Origin: Candidatus Marinacidobacterium sp.
GTDB taxonomy: Bacteria > Acidobacteriota > Vicinamibacteria > Marinacidobacterales > Marinacidobacteraceae
Direction: 5' to 3'
Assembly: GCA_965204755.1 (NCBI GenBank)
Contig: OZ242011.1
Coordinates: forward strand, 2,848,001-2,912,000
Length of the DNA stretch: 64,000 nucleotides
In this document: one piece after another, positions 58,214-64,000 of the stretch
How the letters are laid out: every line of letters begins with the position of its first letter
How positions within the stretch are numbered: the stretch's first letter is position 1
Made by a program: the position numbers and the translations under genes
The notes under the pieces: model-generated
What the model was told of the DNA's origin: nothing
The model's database searches: none
Seen by the model: the letters and a program-made list of their open reading frames with translations, nothing else

Positions 58214-59181
58214 GGCTCGACTTCCGACTCTTGGTGGTCGATGACAACACGAGAGGGATCGGGATCGCTCTCTCGACTCTCCGGGACTACCTGGAGATGA
58301 TGGGATATGAACTCGTGCCGGACGTGCTGACCCGTTGCGGTCCGGAGGAGGTGGGTAAACTGCAGGAAGACGGGAGGAAATTCGATCTCGTGATGGTGGA
58401 TTACGATCTGGGGCCGGGGACGAAGGAGGACGGCGTCGATGTCGTGAGTGCTCTTCGGGGCATCATGAAGTACACGGAGACGGTGTTCTATTCGGTCTCC
58501 CCACCGAGGGATCTGTACAAGAAGATCGCGGAGAGGGACATCCAGGGAGTGTTCGTCGCAGAACGCGAGGGCCTCCCCGAAGTGCTCCGAGGGTTGGCCG
58601 AGATCGTGATCCGCAAGGCGGTCGATCTGACGCATACACGCGGGCTGGCGATGGCGGAAGGAGCGGCGATGGAGGCGCTGATGCTACGGACGATCCGGAG
58701 CGCGTTGGATGGGGCGCGGAACCTGTGCGTGGAGAGTGCCACCGCGAAGGCGGGGGAGCGTCTTCGGAAGGCAAAAAAGGGGGCGGTGAAGAAGTTGAAG
58801 GGGAAACTCCGGGACAAGGGCTTCCCGGGAGTCCTGGACGACCGGTTGTTCGATGCTCATCACCGGTGGAGGACGATTCTGGCGCTGGCGAAATGCCTTC
58901 CGGAGGAACCGGACGGCCATCTGGACACGGTGAAGCGCTATGACCGGCTCGTCACGAGACGAAACCGATTGGCGCACGGGGCCGAAGAGGCGACCGAACA
59001 GGAGGTCGTGACGCTATTGATGGACGGCGTGGCTTCCGACTTCGCCGGAAGTAGCGATGACGCGATGGCGGATTTTCGGCGAGACCTTCGAAGGCATCGT
59101 GAAGCGATGGAGGCCGTCTGTCGCGCCATTGATGCCGAGTTCGGTGGAGCGGGCGGGTCGAAAGAAACGAAGAAACCGTAG
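58210..59181 (+). CDS. Receiver-domain protein with C-terminal helical domain carrying an RxxxxH (HEPN-like) motif
   Basis: LVVDDN, MVDYDLG, VFYS receiver motifs; RRNRLAHG near the C-terminus; ATGA overlap with the kinase. Confidence 0.7.
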   Translation: MRLDFRLLVVDDNTRGIGIALSTLRDYLEMMGYELVPDVLTRCGPEEVGKLQEDGRKFDLVMVDYDLGPGTKEDGVDVVSALRGIMKYTETVFYSVSPPRDLYKKIAERDIQGVFVAEREGLPEVLRGLAEIVIRKAVDLTHTRGLAMAEGAAMEALMLRTIRSALDGARNLCVESATAKAGERLRKAKKGAVKKLKGKLRDKGFPGVLDDRLFDAHHRWRTILALAKCLPEEPDGHLDTVKRYDRLVTRRNRLAHGAEEATEQEVVTLLMDGVASDFAGSSDDAMADFRRDLRRHREAMEAVCRAIDAEFGGAGGSKETKKP

Positions 59182-60435
59182 TCCGAACTGCTCTGCTAGG
59201 AGCGGCGGGATCGCATTGGCGACCTGCGTGAACTGGGGCACTTGTCGGCGTCTTTGGGGGCCACCGGTGGTGTAGTTCCCCTTGAAGACGAACCAATCGG
59301 GAAACGATTGGAGGCGGGCGGTCTCGCGCACGGTCAGCGTGCGGGGCTCCGAGTAGTGGAGGAGGTCGTCGGGGAGGCTCGTGATCGTGGGGGCGGGGCG
59401 ATGCGGATCGAGAACACGGACGGTCGCTTTGCGAAGTCCGTGCGCGGCGCGGATGTTTGCGGGGACAGTGATCCGGTGGCCGTCTTCCCAGGAGTAGCGC
59501 AGGAGCGCTTGGAAGCGCTGCCTGATGTGCGGGCGGTGGCGCGCCAGGCGTGTCCCGGTAGGTGGCCCCTGGTGACCGTCGCGCATAATCCGCTGGTAGG
59601 CGTTACGAGGCGGGAGGTAGCCGATGGCTTCGAATCCCTTGCTGTCGGGCGAAGGGACCGTGCCGTTGCGGCGGCTCTCGAGATCGCTGAGGGCGTCCTT
59701 CGCCGTGGGGTGTTGCGGCAGTCCCCGGGCGAGGAGGAACGCCGGGGCTTCGGCCGTCATATCACGGAAGAGGGAGACAACAAGGGCGGCGTTCCCAGTG
59801 TCGCGACGGGCGCCGACGAGGAAGAAGCGGGGACGGGCTTGGGGAACGCCGTAGTCGTCGGCCCGGAGGACGGCGGTCGCCAAGTCGTAGTCTCCACTGA
59901 GGCCCTCAGCGAGTGCGGCAGCGAAGTTCGTGACTGCCGGGTCGTCGGATCCGCGGAAGTCGTGCCTGAACCCCAAGACATTCTCCAAGAGCACCAAGCG
60001 CGGCCGGACGAGTTCGACGAGTTGGAGATAGGCCTCGAACAGGAAATTGCGCGAGTCGCGCGCGTCGCGTCGGCCCGCGTGGGAGAAACCCTGACACGGC
60101 GGCCCTCCCGCGAGGAGGTCCACTTGGCCGGCGAAGTCGGCCAACTCTTCGGCACGCGTCGAGAGCAACTCGCGTATGTCCCAAGGTCGCTTCGCGATGC
60201 GGGCAGGCCAGGCGTAGGAGAATCGGCTGCCTTCGGACAGGAAGTTCGCGGACAGGGTTTCGAACGCGAAGGGATCCTTCTCGATCGCCAGGAGGCCGCG
60301 CCAGCCGGCTCGCATGAGACCGAGGCTCAGCCCGCCACAGCCGGCGAAGGCATCGATGAAGGTGGGCATCGAGTCCGTCCGGGGTGGAACAGGGCGGCCC
60401 TTCGTGCCGTTCGCGCGGCGTGACGGCCGGTTCAT
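59014..60435 (-). CDS. dcm: C5-cytosine DNA methyltransferase
   Basis: FAGCGG, GGPPCQGFS, ENV, QARPR, RETARLQSFPDWF, QVANAIPP; start 60435 (overlapping the vsr stop) or 60369. Confidence 0.92.
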   Translation of the reverse strand: MNRPSRRANGTKGRPVPPRTDSMPTFIDAFAGCGGLSLGLMRAGWRGLLAIEKDPFAFETLSANFLSEGSRFSYAWPARIAKRPWDIRELLSTRAEELADFAGQVDLLAGGPPCQGFSHAGRRDARDSRNFLFEAYLQLVELVRPRLVLLENVLGFRHDFRGSDDPAVTNFAAALAEGLSGDYDLATAVLRADDYGVPQARPRFFLVGARRDTGNAALVVSLFRDMTAEAPAFLLARGLPQHPTAKDALSDLESRRNGTVPSPDSKGFEAIGYLPPRNAYQRIMRDGHQGPPTGTRLARHRPHIRQRFQALLRYSWEDGHRITVPANIRAAHGLRKATVRVLDPHRPAPTITSLPDDLLHYSEPRTLTVRETARLQSFPDWFVFKGNYTTGGPQRRRQVPQFTQVANAIPPLLAEQFGLRFLRFFRPARSTELGINGATDGLHRFTMPSKVSPKIRHRVIATSGEVGSHAVHQ

Positions 60436-60899
60436 TCCGTGACCTCCGGGCTTCGCGAGTCGAGCGAAGTCCTATCGGACACCGGTGGTTCCGGTTCGAC
60501 CAAACCGGCGAGCCGCACGCGGACAGCGTCCTCGTTCCCGGTTTCGCACTCCCAGATGACGCCGACGCGCCATCCGAGTTCGCGGAGCGACTCGATATTC
60601 CGACGATCCCGGGCCACATTCTTGGCGAACTTGTCCACCCAGAAGGCCACGCGGGACTTCGGTACATGGGCGAAGCGGCAGCCGTCGTGCTGATGCCAGA
60701 AGCAACCGTGGACGAATACGGCGAGTCGATGCCGGGAGAAGACGAGATCGGGCCGGCCGGGCAAGTCCTTCCGATGCAGGCGGAACCGGAGCCCCATCCG
60801 GTGCGCGATGCGGCGAACCGAGAGTTCCGGCGCGGTGTCCCGCGTCCGGATCCCGGCCATCAACTCGCTCCGTCTCCGGGCGTCCACGATGTCGGTCAT
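60432..60899 (-). CDS. vsr: Very-short-patch repair endonuclease
   Basis: MTDIVDARRRSELMAGIRTRDTAPE, LPGRPDLV, FVHGCFWH, VIWEC. Confidence 0.92.
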   Translation of the reverse strand: MTDIVDARRRSELMAGIRTRDTAPELSVRRIAHRMGLRFRLHRKDLPGRPDLVFSRHRLAVFVHGCFWHQHDGCRFAHVPKSRVAFWVDKFAKNVARDRRNIESLRELGWRVGVIWECETGNEDAVRVRLAGLVEPEPPVSDRTSLDSRSPEVTE

Positions 60900-61378
60900 G
60901 GCAAGGCCCGGCAGGCCGAGGCCGCGACAGGCCGTCGGGTCGGGGATGCGGCTCCGCCCGTTGCCGAAACGGGCACCCGGCGCACGGTTGGGGAGCCTCG
61001 CGGGACAACTGGCTTCCTCCGAGTCTGGCCGCCGGTTACGAAGCGCCCGGGGGCGGGCAGTGAGTCTTCCACGCGGATAGATCAGAAGTTGTCGCCGCCC
61101 GGATGTCGTCTCGGGCCGTCCGCTTGCCGCTCGACCGCGAGGTTCGCCACCTTGGGCTGAGGTCGGCGCGCCGCCGACAACGAGGGGATGGCCGGGAGTT
61201 TCCCGGATGTAACCCGTGGCGGTCAACTCTCGCCGGCGTCCTCCGGGTGCGGCGGGAGCGGCCGGAGTGGACAACCGAGCGATGGAGGAGGCGCCGCGTG
61301 AGGAGGAGTGGACGACGCCGTGCCGATGCAAGCGACGCCCCGGAGCCGTCGAGCGCGGGTCTCTACAATCTGGGCGTT

Positions 61379-62431
61379 GTGACGACGGGCGGCGCCGGGG
61401 CCGGGCACAGCCGGACGCAAGTGGACCGCGCCGGTGAGGTCTTGAGGGCGGACTCCGCAGCCCCGGCCGATCGGGCCCGAGCCCGCGCGATCGTCGGTGA
61501 CTGGCGGGCGCAGCACCGCACGCCTCTCGTGGATGTCCGCACGCTGCTCTACCAGCGGATGCGCCGCGCCGCGGCCAACGGCTTCGTGGCGCAGCGACTG
61601 AAGCGGCTCTCCTCCGTGGAAGCGAAACTGCGGCGCTTTCCGAACATGAGACTTTCCCGGATGCAGGACATCGGCGGCTGCCGGGCCGTCGTGTCGTCGG
61701 TAGGTGAAGTGGAGGCGCTGGATCGCATCTGCCGGGAAGGGAAGCAGGCGCACGAACTCTCCGCCGCGCGGGACTACCTGACGAAGCCGAAGGAAGACGG
61801 GTACCGGGGGGTGCATCTGGTCTATCGGTTCCGCTCCCAAACGGCCGAGAGGAGTGTGTGGAACGGCTTGCGAATCGAGATACAGATCCGCTCGCTGCTG
61901 CAGCACGCTTGGGCGACGGCAGTGGAAACCGTGGATGTGTTGCGGGAGACACGACTCAAGGTCGGCGGCCCCGGAAACGGCGACTGGAAGCGCTTCTTTG
62001 CCTTGATGGGGACTGTCCACGCCTTCGAAGAGGGGCTCGCGCCGGTCCCGGAGACACCGGTGGCGCTCGCCGCCGTCCGTTCGGAGGTGCGCGAACTGGC
62101 CGACCGGCTGGGCGCTCGCGATGTCCTGATCGGACTCGCCGGGATCATTGGGGAAGTGGCGAAGGGAAGCGGTTGGGCTCTCCTCCGGCTCGATGCCTCG
62201 GCTCGCCAAGTCACGGGTAGGCGGTACTCGACGAGCCGGTTTGAGCAAGCGCAGCGGGACTACCTGCGTCTGGAAGAAGAGCACGAAGGCAACCCTGCGA
62301 TCCAGGTCTGCCTCGTTTCGACGGACTCCGCCGAGACGCTGCGCCGGGCGTACCCCAACTACTTCCTCGATGTGCGCCTCTTTGTGGAGTCGCTTCGCCT
62401 GTTCCTGGGAACGTCGTCGCCGTCGGAGTGA
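61379..62431 (+). CDS. RelA/SpoT synthetase-domain protein (small alarmone synthetase-like)
   Basis: QRLKRLSSVEAKL, MQDIGGCR, DY..KPKEDGYRGVH, EIQIRSLLQHAWA; GTG at 61379 inferred. Confidence 0.88.
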   Translation: MTTGGAGAGHSRTQVDRAGEVLRADSAAPADRARARAIVGDWRAQHRTPLVDVRTLLYQRMRRAAANGFVAQRLKRLSSVEAKLRRFPNMRLSRMQDIGGCRAVVSSVGEVEALDRICREGKQAHELSAARDYLTKPKEDGYRGVHLVYRFRSQTAERSVWNGLRIEIQIRSLLQHAWATAVETVDVLRETRLKVGGPGNGDWKRFFALMGTVHAFEEGLAPVPETPVALAAVRSEVRELADRLGARDVLIGLAGIIGEVAKGSGWALLRLDASARQVTGRRYSTSRFEQAQRDYLRLEEEHEGNPAIQVCLVSTDSAETLRRAYPNYFLDVRLFVESLRLFLGTSSPSE

Positions 62432-62447
62432 CGGCGGCGCTACCGGC

Positions 62448-62512
62448 GGTGATCGGGCGGCGCAGCGCGCGAAGCGCTATTCCACCTTCACGGCGAGGTG
62501 GCGAAACTCGCC
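62448..62512. repeat. 65-bp diverged direct repeat, copy A (orphan 3'-end remnant)
   Basis: Ungapped 53/65 match to 63286-63350; reads GEFRHLAVKVE-stop on the minus strand versus GEFRYLAVTVE-stop. Confidence 0.75.
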
Positions 62513-62707
62513 GCATGATTCTGCCGTGGCGAGTCCGGAACGCGGCGAACGCGTTCAGGTCGTGGTGGCGGTCGCAGTGGACCGCCGTTTCAAGAGACCG
62601 GACTCAGAGTCGGTGCTCCCGGAAGCGGGCACGAGAGGGCTTCTCTGTGCTGATGGTGACCGTCCTTGCGTTCGGAAGAGGGGCTCTCGATGGTTTTTGG
62701 AGACGGG

Positions 62708-63220
62708 TCATCGGGAGCACCGGGTCGTCCGATAGGCGTCGGCGAACTCGGTCAGATCGAACCCATAGATTGCCGACCCCCAGTGCTCGCTCTCAATCTG
62801 GATGGAGACGAACTCGTGATCCAACATCCGAGCGATGACCGCCCCGGAGTCGTCCACATCGACAACCCTTGTCGATTCGCTATGTCCCCGCATCATCAAG
62901 TCTTCGGTCGGCTCCTCGTCGAACCTCCACCGGACGATCTGAAAGTTGTCACCGGGGAGAATCTGGGCGGAGAGCGAGAAGAAGATGGCCGGGTGGGAGC
63001 CTGAGGCCGAGTCATAGCAGATGACGGACAGTTCCGCTCCAGTGCGGTTGAACGGGGACTGGAACCCATAGCCTTGCAAAGGCCCCGGCTGGTCAGTCGT
63101 CACTGACTCGGGTTGGGGCAAACCCATCGGATCGGTGCTCTCTGGCGTGAACTCCCACTGCCCGAAAGGGTGTGAGGAAGACGCGGTCAGCAAGACCGCC
63201 GCGGTCAGAAAGTGCTTCAT
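62708..63220 (-). CDS. Exported hypothetical protein
   Basis: Signal peptide MKHFLTAAVLLTA; RBS-like GGAAGGGGA upstream. Confidence 0.7.
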   Translation of the reverse strand: MKHFLTAAVLLTASSSHPFGQWEFTPESTDPMGLPQPESVTTDQPGPLQGYGFQSPFNRTGAELSVICYDSASGSHPAIFFSLSAQILPGDNFQIVRWRFDEEPTEDLMMRGHSESTRVVDVDDSGAVIARMLDHEFVSIQIESEHWGSAIYGFDLTEFADAYRTTRCSR

Positions 63221-63285
63221 GGGATCCCCTTCCTTGTCTTGGGAAAAACCCTTGATTGAGGAGGCGGGGGTAAGTGGACGATGGC

Positions 63286-63350
63286 GGCGGTCGAGCGCCG
63301 CCGCATGCGACGCGCTACTCCACCGTCACGGCGAGGTAGCGGAACTCGCC
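63286..63350. repeat. 65-bp diverged direct repeat, copy B (3' end of the 63315..63935 gene)
   Basis: Ungapped 53/65 match to 62448-62512. Confidence 0.75.
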
Positions 63351-63935
63351 ATACTTGCCGGGCAGCATGGAGTAGCGCTTCCAATGCAGGCGGTACTGCT
63401 TTCGGAGCACGAGCGAACGCTCTCGTCCCTTGGTCGTGCCTCTGCCGAGATCGCGCCACTCCATCGTACCCTCAAGGTGCCGGCCCTCGTGAAGTCGGAA
63501 TGCCTCATCCAGGGTCTCCCGTTGTCCGGGTTGCCAGTAGAGGTGATCGTTAGTCAGAAAGACGGCGTATCCGGGCGCCGACGCGCAGCCCTGCGACATG
63601 AGTTCCTCGATTCGCATGAGGTCGGCGATGAAGTCATAGCGACGGAGATCGTTCGCCGCCTGTTTCTTCAAGGCGAATGTTTCTCCATCGTGTTCGACAC
63701 TCAGGTCGCGGTTGCAGTATTTCAACTCCATCGCAGTGCGCGAGGTCGGCAGCCAGATGTCCAAGTACCGGGTCTTGTCGTCGCGCCGGAACGGCTTTTC
63801 CAGTCGGACTCCGCAGTCGGGCCACATCTCGGAGATCCGCCAAGCCAGCGCGAACTGGAAATCCGCCTCCGAATGGAAGATCGGCCGCTCCTTCGCCAAC
63901 TCCGCCATCACGCGGTGGATATCCAACCCCGCCAT
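63315..63935 (-). CDS. Hypothetical protein, PD-(D/E)xK nuclease-like
   Basis: FHSEADFQFALAW, YLDIW...MELKY motif. Confidence 0.6.
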   Translation of the reverse strand: MAGLDIHRVMAELAKERPIFHSEADFQFALAWRISEMWPDCGVRLEKPFRRDDKTRYLDIWLPTSRTAMELKYCNRDLSVEHDGETFALKKQAANDLRRYDFIADLMRIEELMSQGCASAPGYAVFLTNDHLYWQPGQRETLDEAFRLHEGRHLEGTMEWRDLGRGTTKGRERSLVLRKQYRLHWKRYSMLPGKYGEFRYLAVTVE

Positions 63936-64000
63936 CGAACCCGTCAACCCTCCCCGTCGACGCCCGTAGCCACCCCGCGCGTCGGCGCCGGGCGGCGGCG

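Noticed and set aside
60900-61378. Possible ncRNA or small antitoxin ORF (61216-61437) upstream of the RelA/SpoT gene
   Set aside because: Only a short CCGGGA/TCCCGG hairpin and an ORF with no recognisable features; insufficient support.
1-64000. tRNA, rRNA, integrase or transposase genes
   Set aside because: No recognisable signatures seen by eye; tRNAscan-SE, Infernal and ISEScan would be needed to exclude them.

Overview
Very GC-rich bacterial DNA. Gene content (ankyrin, NHL and VPS10/BNR-repeat surface proteins, DUF885, many R-M systems) is typical of Acidobacteriota or sponge-symbiont-type genomes, but taxonomy is only an inference. Bases 1-42.3 kb are mostly housekeeping and transport genes (Na+/solute symporter, ltaE, tkt, TIGR03960 radical SAM, trkA/trkH, acs, pepA). 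Several defence modules are spliced into this part: a type II R-M pair plus AlkB, an ABC-ATPase/nuclease pair, an SPPY methyltransferase with an NgoMIV-family nuclease, and a PLD-winged-helix nuclease. It also holds a desaturase/condensation-domain/GH3 operon. From ~42.4 kb to the end is a defence island: actin-fold ATPase plus SNF2 helicase, a nine-copy iteron-like GCTATACACAATTC array, an AAA+ ATPase, type III-like Res/Mod coupled to a GHKL(MORC-like)-histidine kinase and a receiver protein with an RxxxxH (HEPN-like) motif, Dcm/Vsr, a RelA/SpoT-domain protein and a PD-(D/E)xK-like protein. Non-coding signals include a ~220-230 bp MITE (3 copies, 3-bp flanking duplications), two diverged direct repeats that duplicate gene 3' ends around single-gene cassettes, and an apparent window-wide depletion of AGCT and ACGT, with AGCT concentrated in the iteron array. 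No rRNA, tRNA, CRISPR array, integrase or transposase was recognised. All family calls come from motif recognition by eye, not database searches.
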